From an uncultured Clostridia bacterium (GTDB lineage Bacteria > Bacillota > Clostridia > TANB77 > CAG-508), in NCBI GenBank assembly GCA_934167965.1, contig CAKPMJ010000001.1, positions 108,487-172,486 on the forward strand: DNA of 64,000 nt, given 5' to 3'. The position numbers and the translations under genes were made by a program. The notes beneath the pieces were generated by a model. It was not told where the DNA came from. It saw only the letters and a list, made by a program, of their open reading frames with translations, and did no database searches. Of this stretch, positions 1-9,401 are shown one piece after another (position 1 is the stretch's first letter; the number at the start of each line of letters is the position of its first letter).

Positions 1-42
1 AAGATATAAGCACTGAAGAAACGAAAGGATATGAAATAAAAG

Positions 43-693
43 ATGATTTTAAAAAGATTACAAATAGATACTTTAATGGGAGGAGATCCAACCAATTGCT
101 ATATTGTTTTAGATCAAGAATCTAAAGAATTGATGGTTGTTGACCCAGGTGGAGATGTAGACAAGATAATAGAAATAATAAATATTTTACAGGGAAATTT
201 GAAATATATTTATATAACGCATTGTCATGGGGATCATATTTTAGGAGTAACTGAATTACAACAAAAAATGGGAGGAAAAATTTTAATACACCGTGATGAT
301 GAAGATGGATTAAACAATAAAGATATAAACTTAACAGGAATTGTTGGAACAAAAGAAATAGAACTAGAAGCGGATTCAAGAGTGGATGACGGAGATTTAA
401 TTCATTTAGGAGATTTAGAGTTTAAAGTAATACACACTCCAGGGCATACTGCTGGAGGAAGTTCTTTATACTGTGAAAGTGAAAAATTATTATTTTCTGG
501 TGATACTCTATTTAGAGGAACATGGGGAAGAACAGATCTCCCCACATCAGACTTTATGGCAATAATGGATTCAATAACAAATAAATTAATGAAATTACCA
601 GATGAAACTATTGTATATCCAGGTCATGGTAAATCTACAAAGATAGGAGAGGAAAAGCCTATTTACTTGGAATTAAAACCTAGAGGTTATTAG
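43..693 (+). CDS. MBL-fold metallo-hydrolase (hydroxyacylglutathione hydrolase-like)
   Basis: 216-aa ORF with the HCHGDH metal-binding motif plus downstream HTPGHT and PGHG motifs typical of the metallo-beta-lactamase fold. AAAGGA RBS upstream. Confidence 0.8.
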   Translation: MILKRLQIDTLMGGDPTNCYIVLDQESKELMVVDPGGDVDKIIEIINILQGNLKYIYITHCHGDHILGVTELQQKMGGKILIHRDDEDGLNNKDINLTGIVGTKEIELEADSRVDDGDLIHLGDLEFKVIHTPGHTAGGSSLYCESEKLLFSGDTLFRGTWGRTDLPTSDFMAIMDSITNKLMKLPDETIVYPGHGKSTKIGEEKPIYLELKPRGY

Positions 694-748
694 CATAAAA
701 TTAAGTAACATTGAATAAATATTATAAGAAAGGACAAGGAGAAATAAT

Positions 749-1922
749 ATGTTTAATGTTACAGTAATTAGATTAAAAGATGTAATAAAATATCCAGTAG
801 TATTTGCAATTGTAATGATTGTAATGTATTTTGCTACTAGATATTTTTTTAATGAAAATAAAATTTCTGAACCCAAGATAAATATAACCGAAAAAATAAA
901 GGTAAGTTTAAGTGAATATTCATTATATCCTATAGAAACAGAAATGCCAATAATAGAAGTGACCATAAATGCGAAAGAATCAACAAATGAAGAAAATGAA
1001 AGCACAGGAGATTTTACATCATATATTCTAAATAAAGCACTGAAATTACAGTTAGGTGTAATAGATGCGAAAGAGGTATCAAAAATTGAAGAGAAACAAG
1101 AAAATATAAAAGAAGAGGATGCTAATGAAGAAAAAAAAGAACTACAAATGGCTTCAAAAGAAGAGAATACAAAAGTAGTAACAAAAGATCCAATTGAGGA
1201 GAAGTATACAAATACATACAATGGTGTAAAAGTAAGAAATGGAACAAAATATTCACTTACAAAGGATATATTAAATCCCCAAAATTTAAAAATAGATAAT
1301 TCAAATGTATTAATTTTTCATACACATACATGTGAAAGTTACACCCAAAGTGAAGGATATACATACAAAGCATCAGGAAACTTTAGGACTCGTGATCAAA
1401 AATACTCAGTATGTAGGGTAGGAGATGAACTGGAAAGTTATTTAACTAAATATAAATTTAATGTTATACATAATAAGACATACCATGATTATCCTGCATA
1501 CAATGGTTCTTATTCTAGGTCATTAAGTACTGTAAAAAAAATATTAAAGAAACAAAAATCGGATATAATTATAGATTTACATAGAGATGCTATTGGAAGC
1601 AATAGTGGTTATGCACCAACAGTAAAAATAGGAAATGATTATTGTGCCCAACTCATGTTTGTAATGCGGAAGTGATGGGGGAGGATTAAATCATCCTGAT
1701 TGGAAAAATAATTTGAAGTTTGCTGTAAAGATTCAAGAAGAAGCAGAAAAGTTATATCCAGGACTATTTAAACCAATTTTGCTCAGAAATTCTAGATATA
1801 ACCAGCATTTAGGAAAAGCAGCTTGCATAATAGAAGTTGGTTCAACTGGAAATACATTAGATCAGTGCTTAAAGAGCATGAAATATCTATCTTTAGTAAT
1901 GAATGAGGCTTTAAAAAAATGA
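749..1922 (+). pseudogene. spoIIP: stage II sporulation protein P (SpoIIP), split by a +1 frameshift near 1665-1672
   Basis: ORF 749..1675 carries the SpoIIP-type LIFHTHTCESYT motif and ends ...QLMFVMRK*. ORF 1713..1922 (KFAVKIQEEAEKLYPG...IIEVGSTGNT) is the SpoIIP C-terminus in the +1 frame. Reading GGA AGT GAT GGG GGA GGA TTA AAT CAT CCT from 1668 gives GSDGGGLNHPDWKNNLKFAVK and joins the two halves. Confidence 0.7.
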
Positions 1923-2050
1923 TAAAATAAACATAATTTATTTTGGAAAAATCTTTGACTTTTGCCAAAATTTGTAGTATAATATAATTGTTGATTACAT
2001 AAAAGGTAACAAAAAATATATAAAAAAATTTGCTGAAAGGAGTGACATAC

Positions 2051-2608
2051 ATGTTTAATGTAGGTGACCAAATCGTTTATCCAATGCATGGAGCTGGAAC
2101 AATAGATTCAATAGAGGAAAAAGATATTTTAGGAGAGAAACAAGCTTATTATATTTTAAAAATGCCTGGAGAGATAAAGGTAATGGTACCAGTAGAAAAA
2201 GCAGAGCAAGTAGGAGTAAGGAACATAATAGATAAAACCTCAGCAGATAAAGTATTCAGTCTTTTATCACAAGATGAAACAGAGATGGATAAAAATTGGA
2301 ACAAAAGATATAGAGACAACATGGAAAAAATAAAGAGTGGAGATATATATGAGATAGCAGATGTTGTTAGAAATTTAAGCTTTAAACAAAAAGAAAAAGG
2401 ACTTTCAACAGGAGAAAAGAAAATGCTAACAAATGCAAAACAAATTTTAGTTAGTGAGTTAGTTTTAGCAGAACAATCAAATGAAGATGAGATAGAGGAA
2501 TTAGTAGACAACAAAATTAATACATCATTTATGTTATTTAGATCTGATGATGTTGTTAAAGAAAGTGTTGTTGAAAAATTTATTCCTTTTGATGGAAAAA
2601 ATGCTTAA
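2051..2608 (+). CDS. CarD/CdnL-family transcriptional regulator
   Basis: N-terminus MFNVGDQIVYPMHGAGTIDSIEEK...YYILKMP matches the CarD_CdnL_TRCF RNAP-interacting domain. AGGAG RBS about 8 nt before the ATG at 2051 (the ORF track starts earlier, at 2030). Confidence 0.8.
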   Translation: MFNVGDQIVYPMHGAGTIDSIEEKDILGEKQAYYILKMPGEIKVMVPVEKAEQVGVRNIIDKTSADKVFSLLSQDETEMDKNWNKRYRDNMEKIKSGDIYEIADVVRNLSFKQKEKGLSTGEKKMLTNAKQILVSELVLAEQSNEDEIEELVDNKINTSFMLFRSDDVVKESVVEKFIPFDGKNA

Positions 2609-2624
2609 ATAAATACATATATTT

Positions 2625-2666
2625 ATAAGGGTGTTTTATACTAAAATAAAGCACTCTTATATTTTT
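2625..2666 (+). terminator. intrinsic terminator after the CarD-like gene
   Basis: ATAAGGGTGTTTTAT / ATAAAGCACTCTTAT stem (with G-U pairs) followed by ATTTTT. Confidence 0.55.
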
Positions 2667-2700
2667 AAAAAAATTTTTATACTTTTTTTTGGATTTTGTA

Positions 2701-2729
2701 TTGACAAATTTCATCCTTAATTGTATAAT
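2701..2729 (+). promoter_or_regulatory. sigma-A type promoter for tRNA-Leu
   Basis: TTGACA (2701-2706), 17-nt spacer, TATAAT (2724-2729), about 35 nt upstream of the tRNA. Confidence 0.7.
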
Positions 2730-2764
2730 GATAATCGTTGTAAGACAAAAGCCAGTTTATAAAT

Positions 2765-2852
2765 GCAGATGTGGCGGAACTGGCAGACGCACAGGACTTA
2801 AAATCCTGCGGTTGAATAAACCGTGCCGGTTCGATTCCGGCCATCTGCACCA
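2765..2852 (+). tRNA. tRNA-Leu (anticodon UAA), CCA-encoded
   Basis: Acceptor stem GCAGATG/CATCTGC, anticodon stem CAGGA/TCCTG with loop CTTAAAA, long class II variable arm, T-arm GCCGG-TTCGATT-CCGGC, discriminator A plus CCA. Confidence 0.9.
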
Positions 2853-3194
2853 ATGACGTATCTGTTCGAACTAATAAAACAGATAGATACAAAAATCAAT
2901 CAGAAAATAAATCTGGTTGATTTTTTTGTTGCCTGAAAATAATAGAAAAATCATCCAAATGAAAGGATGGTGTTAAAATTGAAAATAATTAAAAAAGAAC
3001 TACAATTTGAAGAATGTCTAAAACAGAGACTTGAATTTATATGTGAATTTGCTAAAGTTACTCCTATGATGTGTATATTTCAAACTTATCTAAAAAGATA
3101 AAATTATCAGAGTTAGAAGAATATTTGAAAAAAATATAAATTATAAATGGTAAAATTAAGTGACGCAATTTGAAATAAAGATAGACACATAAAA

Positions 3195-3665
3195 TTACAA
3201 ATGATACAATGTGATTGACAAGAAAGAGAGCGCCACCGCAGTGAGGACAATAGAGTTCAATAGGAGTATTAATCCAATTATGACGACTAAAGTTAGTGGA
3301 ACAAACTTTACAGGAGAATTGCCCACGACCACCAGTATTGTCGTAGATATAGTTATGAGGAGCATTACAACAAGGGCAATGAACATGTTGAGGAACAGGA
3401 TTTTACCACGAGATTTAATAGGCTTTAAAGGTTTATTATGTTCTTTAAGATATTGTTCTAAAAGTTGTTTGTAGTCTTTCTTTTCAGGAACATGAATGAT
3501 AGGCAATTTATCGACTTTAAGTTTATTGTACTTAGGAGAAAACAAAGAATTATCCTTTTCTTTAAATTTTAAAGGTATATTTTTAACAATAAAATTAAAT
3601 AAAAATAAAATTTGTTTATTAAGCTCTTGAATATGAGCTAGTAATAGAGGTATAATAGTATACAT
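3195..3665 (-). CDS. hypothetical membrane protein
   Basis: 156-aa ORF with an AAGGAG RBS 9 nt before the ATG. The C-terminal half has two long hydrophobic segments. No family recognised. Confidence 0.4.
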   Translation of the reverse strand: MYTIIPLLLAHIQELNKQILFLFNFIVKNIPLKFKEKDNSLFSPKYNKLKVDKLPIIHVPEKKDYKQLLEQYLKEHNKPLKPIKSRGKILFLNMFIALVVMLLITISTTILVVVGNSPVKFVPLTLVVIIGLILLLNSIVLTAVALSFLSITLYHL

Positions 3666-3840
3666 GATACACCACTCCTTTATGGTTATTTGGTTGTTTG
3701 TTCAAAACTATTATACCATAAAAGAGGGGGTATCATTTTTTTGTTACAAAAAAGTGATATAACCCTAGAAAATACAGGGGTGTAACTAAATAGAAAATAA
3801 AATTAGTTTACACTACCATTTTTAAAGGAGGAAAAAAACT

Positions 3841-4101
3841 ATGAATAATGAATTACCAAAAACAAAAATTGATGAAAGAACAGGCGCTGAATATACTATA
3901 ATGCTAATGGACAGGACATTAAATACACACTTAAAAGAAATGGCAGATAATAGAGCCCAGCAGATTATTAGTGAGTTAAAAGCTAAAAGTGATTTGACAG
4001 AAGATATGAAAAATACTGATGTGCTTTATTGGGTTGGAACTATGAACTCTATTAAGGCACAAGCAGAAGAAATTGTTTTTAGTGAATTAATTTATTTGTA
4101 A
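3841..4101 (+). CDS. TnpV-like (transposon-associated) protein, short form/C-terminal fragment
   Basis: The C-terminus ...VLYWVGTMNSIKAQAEEIVFSELIY resembles the conserved tail of clostridial transposon TnpV proteins, from memory of that family. Strong AAAGGAGGA RBS. Confidence 0.45.
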   Translation: MNNELPKTKIDERTGAEYTIMLMDRTLNTHLKEMADNRAQQIISELKAKSDLTEDMKNTDVLYWVGTMNSIKAQAEEIVFSELIYL

Positions 4102-4299
4102 AATGTATATAAAAAGAACTTTAGAAAATGTTTCATTTTTTATTATTACATAATATAACTGAGCAAACTTGTAATTTTATGTAAAATGTTATATAATATA
4201 ATTATAATATTCGTGGGTACAGCGAAATATAACAAATGTACCACATTAGTAAATATCACTGACATTTTAGTGGTATGCTAAATGGATAAGGAGACTACT

Positions 4300-4767
4300 A
4301 TGAAACGGACTATTATAATCGAATGTCAGGCTTGTGGAGGAACTGGACTTTACAAAGGAATGGCTGAAAGAGATGGAGCAGCAGTTGTATGTTCTCATTG
4401 TCACGGAACGGGCAAAACCGAATTTACTTACAACGAATTTGAAGGACGTAAGGAAATGGACGGTGTAACCCGTGTGTTTGAAAGTAGCTTCGGATACGTG
4501 CACGCAGATAAGGACACTACAACAGAAGAAGGCAGAACTCTCCATTTCTCACAGTATGGCTGTTCTTATGAAGAATGGAAAGCAGGTGTTGAGCCTACTC
4601 CTATGGAGGAACTGTATTGCCCTTATATCTATCGCAATCGTGGTATTGGCAATGAGCCGAGTAGTCGTTGTGAAAAAGGGTGTGGCGGTTTTGAAAGTAT
4701 CAGCAACTGCAAGTTCTATTCCGACAAAGCAAAGTGCTGGGAAGAATGGCACAAGAATAACTATTAA
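4300..4767 (+). CDS. cysteine-rich protein with two DnaJ-type CxxCxGxG zinc-finger motifs, function unknown
   Basis: CQACGGTG and CSHCHGTG motifs plus further Cys in the C-terminal half. AAGGAG RBS before the ATG at 4300. Clearly higher GC than the flanks and uses codons rare elsewhere (CGG, ACG, GGC). Confidence 0.6.
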   Translation: MKRTIIIECQACGGTGLYKGMAERDGAAVVCSHCHGTGKTEFTYNEFEGRKEMDGVTRVFESSFGYVHADKDTTTEEGRTLHFSQYGCSYEEWKAGVEPTPMEELYCPYIYRNRGIGNEPSSRCEKGCGGFESISNCKFYSDKAKCWEEWHKNNY

Positions 4768-4895
4768 CCTTAATCCAAAAAAGAAAAATATTTCTTTTCC
4801 TCGCAAGAGGTTTCTTTTTTTCTTTAATTATAAAAATATGAAAAGTAAAATTTTTAATTCTACGTCAACGGCACCAATATTATTGCGAGTCTTGT

Positions 4896-4923
4896 AAAAA
4901 AGTCAGCCTAAGCTGACTTTTTT
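4896..4923. terminator. bidirectional intrinsic terminator
   Basis: AAAAAAGTCAGC-CTAA-GCTGACTTTTTT sits between convergent genes. Confidence 0.75.
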
Positions 4924-4932
4924 ACATAAAAA

Positions 4933-6009
4933 TTATTTTACATACTCATTCAAAGGTTTTACTCTATAATTTAATTCTCCAAACTTATCAGTTGTTACAT
5001 AACCAGGAGTACTATTTATAACATCTGGTATACGATTCACTACTGAAGCACAAGTTAATTCAACTGTTGCAGGTCTTGCAACTACAATAGTTGTATCTGG
5101 CTCACCATAAACTGTCCATTCGTTTTTGTCAAAATCTTCCTTAGAATATACTTTTCCAATACATTCTGTTTCAAGTGTGATTCCTTCTTTAGTAGTTGTA
5201 GTAACTACTGCACTCATACCTGTTGCATCTCCAGCTTTAACAGTCATTCCTAATGTAGAAGAATATATATCTTCTTTATAAGTTTGAGGAACTGTTTTTT
5301 GCGTTTGACTTTCAACTGTTAGTCCTAACTTAGAACATAGCCAACCATTTACATTCCACATATAAGATGGTAAGTATTTACCAGATTCAATAACTTTTTG
5401 TCTTTCTTCGTTACTTATTTTATCAACTGAAGCAACTTGTTCATCAAATTCTTGCATTGTTAGTCCAGAGCCATGAGCTTTAGCTAAAGCGATTCCATAA
5501 TCTTCAACATTGTAGCTTGAACTTCCTTTTATTTTTGTAATTTTATGTGTAGATCCTGCAATTGAACTAATTAGTTGTCCCCAATAAATATCTTGATATC
5601 CACTTCCTGTAATTGTGCATCCTGTTTCTTTTGCCATATCATCTAACTTTTTAGTTATTGTTGGATTTGAATTGGCAGGGAAAAATGCTTCTTCACATGT
5701 AGTAATTGCATTTATTCCAAGTTTTGCACATAACATTAAGCTATTTTCTACATCTGCAATTAAGCTCATTGTAGTAACTATAGCAATATCTGGCTTTACT
5801 TGTTTTAACATTTCTTCAGCGTTTTCTAATGCTGTTACAGTTACACCTTTATTTTCTCCTCCCATTAATTCATCGATATCTTTACCAACTACAGCAGGGT
5901 TTACATCGATAGCGCCAATTACTTCAGCACCTTTTTCAAAAACATAACGCATAGTATATATTGCCATTTTTCCTGTACCAAATTGTACAACTTTTACTTT
6001 TCTGTCCAT
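4933..6009 (-). CDS. DapB-like NAD(P)-dependent (amine) dehydrogenase family protein (2,4-diaminopentanoate dehydrogenase-like)
   Basis: N-terminal Rossmann motif VKVVQFGTGKMA, about 358 aa, overall resemblance to the DapB-N-like amine dehydrogenase family. GAGGAGG RBS favours the start at 6009 (MDRKVKV) over 6033. Confidence 0.5.
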   Translation of the reverse strand: MDRKVKVVQFGTGKMAIYTMRYVFEKGAEVIGAIDVNPAVVGKDIDELMGGENKGVTVTALENAEEMLKQVKPDIAIVTTMSLIADVENSLMLCAKLGINAITTCEEAFFPANSNPTITKKLDDMAKETGCTITGSGYQDIYWGQLISSIAGSTHKITKIKGSSSYNVEDYGIALAKAHGSGLTMQEFDEQVASVDKISNEERQKVIESGKYLPSYMWNVNGWLCSKLGLTVESQTQKTVPQTYKEDIYSSTLGMTVKAGDATGMSAVVTTTTKEGITLETECIGKVYSKEDFDKNEWTVYGEPDTTIVVARPATVELTCASVVNRIPDVINSTPGYVTTDKFGELNYRVKPLNEYVK

Positions 6010-6121
6010 AAAATATTCCTCCTCTTTTGACATTTATATTTAGATTATATACCAAAAATATAAATTTATACAATAGGAAAATTAAAGTTTTTAATTAATT
6101 TTAAAAGTAGATAATTGGTTG

Positions 6122-6403
6122 TTATATACAATAATATATCACTGCAAAAATAATAGTAACAATAAGGTATATAGAAATTATTTTATCGACAAGTGTTATT
6201 TTGATTTTATTTTGAACTATATTTATTACAGATTTAATTGCGTATACTAGCAAAGCAATTGAAAATGGAAATAATGGTAATGAACATATAAAATTAATAC
6301 CCATTGAATCAGGGTGCATAATTGCGTCTAAAAATGATATAAAAAAATCAATGGCTATTATAAAATAAATAATTGTTATTATAATCTTAAATATTTTCTT
6401 CAT
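6122..6403 (-). CDS. small hydrophobic membrane protein, hypothetical
   Basis: 93-aa ORF with three hydrophobic stretches. GGGAG RBS before the ATG at 6403. Confidence 0.35.
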   Translation of the reverse strand: MKKIFKIIITIIYFIIAIDFFISFLDAIMHPDSMGINFICSLPLFPFSIALLVYAIKSVINIVQNKIKITLVDKIISIYLIVTIIFAVIYYCI

Positions 6404-6583
6404 GTATTTTCTCAACTCCCAATAGTTTTTATTTATTAAATCAATAATATCATAAAAATTTAGCTATATCAATAAAATTAAGATAATTTTAAAATTGTAT
6501 ATAATTGTATATATAAGATATAATTAATATATAAAACCCTAAAATATCGCTATTTTAAAGAAAAATCTTTTATCTAAAATCTA

Positions 6584-6612
6584 TTGAAAAAAATTCCAAA
6601 AAGAGGTATAAT
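6584..6612 (+). promoter_or_regulatory. sigma-A type promoter upstream of der
   Basis: TTGAAA (6584-6589), 17-nt spacer, TATAAT (6607-6612). Confidence 0.55.
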
Positions 6613-6647
6613 AGTATATGTAGAAAAATGAGAGAAAGGAATAAAAA

Positions 6648-7979
6648 ATGTCAAAACCAATAGTAGCGATAATAGGAAAACCTAATGTAGGAAAATCTAC
6701 ATTTTTTAATTATATAGTAGGGAGTAGAATATCAATAGTAGAAGATACACCAGGAGTAACAAGAGATAGAATATATGCAGAAACAAACTGGAGAGGAAAA
6801 GACTTCACAGTAATAGACACAGCAGGTATTGAACCAGAGTCAAATGATATAATAATATCTCAAATGAGAAGACAAGCTCAAATGGCAATTGAAATAGCAG
6901 ATGTAATTGTGTTTTTAACAGATGTAAAGCAAGGAGTAACAGCAGCAGACCAAGAAATTGCATTAATGCTAAAAAAATCTAAAAAGCCGACAATACTTGT
7001 ATGTAATAAAGTAGATAGTTTTCAAAAATATCAAAATGAAATATATGAATTTTATAATTTAGGAATAGGAGAGCCATATGCTATATCTGCATCAAATGCA
7101 CAAGGGATAGGAGATGTATTAGATGCTATATACGAAAAATCACCAAAAGATGATAATGACAAAGATGATAATGAAAGAATAAAAGTGGCAGTAATAGGAA
7201 AGCCAAATGTAGGAAAATCTTCATTAGTAAACAAAATATTAGGAGAAGATAAAGCAATAGTAAGTGATATAGCAGGAACTACACGTGATGCAGTAGATTC
7301 ATATTTTGAAAACCAAAAAGGAAAATATATTTTTATAGATACAGCTGGTATTAGAAGAAAAAGCAAAGTTACAGAATCTATAGAAAAATTTAGTGTAATG
7401 AGGTCATTATTGGCTATAGAAAGAGCAGATGTAGCATTAATGATGATTGATGCTAATGAAGGAGTTACTGACCAAGATGCTAAAATAGCAGGAGAGGCTC
7501 ATGAAGCAGGAAAAGGTGTAATTATAGTAGTAAATAAATGGGACGAATATGAAAAAGAAACTGGTACAATGGAAGCTTATAAAAAACAAGTTTACAACAA
7601 ATTATCTTATTTGTCATATGCACCAATAATATTTATATCTGCTAAAACAGGACAAAGAGTTGAAAAATTATTTGATATGATTAATGATGTTGCAGAACAA
7701 AATGCCAAGAGAATACCAACTTCAACACTAAATCAAGTTATAAATGAGGCTATAGCAATAGTTCAACCACCTACAGATAAAGGAAAAAGACTAAAAATAT
7801 TCTATGGAACACAAGTTGCAACAAAGCCACCAACATTTATAATATTTGTTAACAAAAAGGAACTTTTCCATTTCTCATATGAGAGATATCTAGTAAATCA
7901 AATTAGGAAAGAATTTGGACTTACAGGTACACCAGTTAGAGTAATTGTAAGAGAAAAGCTAGACAAGGAGATGGAATAA
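6648..7979 (+). CDS. der: ribosome-associated GTPase Der (EngA)
   Basis: Two tandem GTPase domains, each with GKPNVGKS(T/S) P-loops and DTAG motifs, plus a KH-like C-terminus. 443 aa. Confidence 0.95.
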   Translation: MSKPIVAIIGKPNVGKSTFFNYIVGSRISIVEDTPGVTRDRIYAETNWRGKDFTVIDTAGIEPESNDIIISQMRRQAQMAIEIADVIVFLTDVKQGVTAADQEIALMLKKSKKPTILVCNKVDSFQKYQNEIYEFYNLGIGEPYAISASNAQGIGDVLDAIYEKSPKDDNDKDDNERIKVAVIGKPNVGKSSLVNKILGEDKAIVSDIAGTTRDAVDSYFENQKGKYIFIDTAGIRRKSKVTESIEKFSVMRSLLAIERADVALMMIDANEGVTDQDAKIAGEAHEAGKGVIIVVNKWDEYEKETGTMEAYKKQVYNKLSYLSYAPIIFISAKTGQRVEKLFDMINDVAEQNAKRIPTSTLNQVINEAIAIVQPPTDKGKRLKIFYGTQVATKPPTFIIFVNKKELFHFSYERYLVNQIRKEFGLTGTPVRVIVREKLDKEME

Positions 7980-8007
7980 TAGAAAATTGAAGATAGGGGG
8001 ATAATTA

Positions 8008-9384
8008 ATGGAATTAGATATAGAAGATAAGATAGAAGATAAAATAATTGATTTAATTCAATACAAAAAAATGAATGAATTACATGAATTATTAGAAGAT
8101 ATAAATCCTGCAGATTTTCCGGGCTTATTTGAAGATATGTCACAAGAATATATAAGTATAATATATAGACTACTATCAAAAGAAAAGGCCGCAGAAGTAT
8201 TTGCAGAATTAGACCCTGATGTACAAGAAAAATTAATAAATGTATTTACAGATAAAGAATTAAAATCTGTAATAGATGATTTATTTATGGATGATACAGT
8301 TGACTTAATTGAAGAGATGCCATCAAATGTTGTAAAAAGAATTTTGAAAAATATTAAGCCATCTGATAGAAAAATAATAAATGACCTTTTGAAATACCCA
8401 GAAGATAGTGCAGGAACAATTATGACAACAGAGTTTATCGATTTGAAAAAAGATATGACAGTTGAACAGGGCTTTCAAAAGATAAAAAAAATAGGATTAA
8501 AAAAAGAAACAGTTTATACATGTTATGTAGTAGATTCTTCAAGAAAATTAGTTGGATCTGTTGATATCAAAGAAATGTTAATTGCAGATAGAGATGACAG
8601 AATAGAAGATATTCTAGACGATAATGTTATAAGTGTATTAACAACTGAAGACAAAGAAGAAGTAGCCAAAATGTTTGATAAGTACAATTATGTGGCAATG
8701 CCAGTAGTAGATAAGGAAAATAGACTAGTTGGTATTGTAACAATAGATGATGCTATTGACGTATTACAAGATGAGAACACAGAGGACTTTGAAAAAATGG
8801 CAGCTATTCTTCCAAATGAAGATACTTATTTTAAAACGAAAGTAATTACACATGCTAAAAACAGAATAATGTGGTTATTAATTTTAATGCTTTCATCAAC
8901 TTTTACAGGATTGATAATAGAAAGATTTCAAAGTGCAATTGCAGCAGTGCCATTACTTGCTACATTTATGACAATGATATCAGGAACTGGTGGAAATTGC
9001 GGTTCACAAAGTTCAACTCTTATAATAAGAGGTTTGGTATTAAATGAAATAAAATTAACAGATATATTTAAAGCTATATGGAAAGAATTTAGAGTTGCTT
9101 TAATTGTAGGAATAATATTAGCAGCTGTTACAGGTCTAAGGATATATTTACAGTATCAAGGAAGCTTAGGATTAGATTATACATTAAAATTAGCAGAAGT
9201 TGTTGGAATTACATTAATTTTAACTGCTGTTATTGCTGAATTTATGGGATGTGTTTTACCAATGCTTGCTAAAAAGTTAAATTTAGACCCAGCAATTATG
9301 GCATCACCATTAATTACAACAATTGTTGATTTGTGCTCAATGTTGGTGTTCTTTAATGTTGCTGTGTCTGTTATGGGATTATGA
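8008..9384 (+). CDS. mgtE: magnesium transporter MgtE
   Basis: MgtE N-domain, tandem CBS region and a C-terminal 5-TM domain ending ...PLITTIVDL.... Confidence 0.9.
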   Translation: MELDIEDKIEDKIIDLIQYKKMNELHELLEDINPADFPGLFEDMSQEYISIIYRLLSKEKAAEVFAELDPDVQEKLINVFTDKELKSVIDDLFMDDTVDLIEEMPSNVVKRILKNIKPSDRKIINDLLKYPEDSAGTIMTTEFIDLKKDMTVEQGFQKIKKIGLKKETVYTCYVVDSSRKLVGSVDIKEMLIADRDDRIEDILDDNVISVLTTEDKEEVAKMFDKYNYVAMPVVDKENRLVGIVTIDDAIDVLQDENTEDFEKMAAILPNEDTYFKTKVITHAKNRIMWLLILMLSSTFTGLIIERFQSAIAAVPLLATFMTMISGTGGNCGSQSSTLIIRGLVLNEIKLTDIFKAIWKEFRVALIVGIILAAVTGLRIYLQYQGSLGLDYTLKLAEVVGITLILTAVIAEFMGCVLPMLAKKLNLDPAIMASPLITTIVDLCSMLVFFNVAVSVMGL

Positions 9385-9401
9385 TATAAAAAAGGAGAAA
9401 A

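Larger units (their letters stand above)
2853..4930. mobile_element. putative remnant of an integrated/transposon-derived element next to tRNA-Leu
   Basis: Directly follows a tRNA gene. Contains a TnpV-like fragment, decayed short ORFs (2978-3140), a membrane ORF and a visibly GC-richer Cys-rich gene. No integrase or att repeats were found. Confidence 0.3.

Noticed and set aside
673-1221. Long antisense or alternative-frame ORFs in the track (for example 673-1221, 2149-2514, 7052-7366, 11471-11896, 16353-16688, 28793-29152, 35288-35641, 54248-54556, 58081-58353).
   Set aside because: All lie opposite or out of frame within well-supported conserved genes, encode low-complexity S/F/I/L-rich strings, and lack RBSs. 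They are typical artefacts of stop-poor antisense frames in AT-rich DNA.
2677-2892. ORFs overlapping the two tRNA-Leu genes (2677-2892 minus strand; 13258-13521 minus strand).
   Set aside because: The tRNA cloverleaves fully explain the sequence, and the ORFs are read through structured RNA genes.
4472-4897. ORFs 4472-4897 (+) and 4549-4806 (-) overlapping the Cys-rich gene.
   Set aside because: They are alternative frames of the GC-richer segment, where stops are scarcer. They have no RBS or motifs, whereas frame 4300-4767 carries the zinc-finger motifs and a strong RBS.
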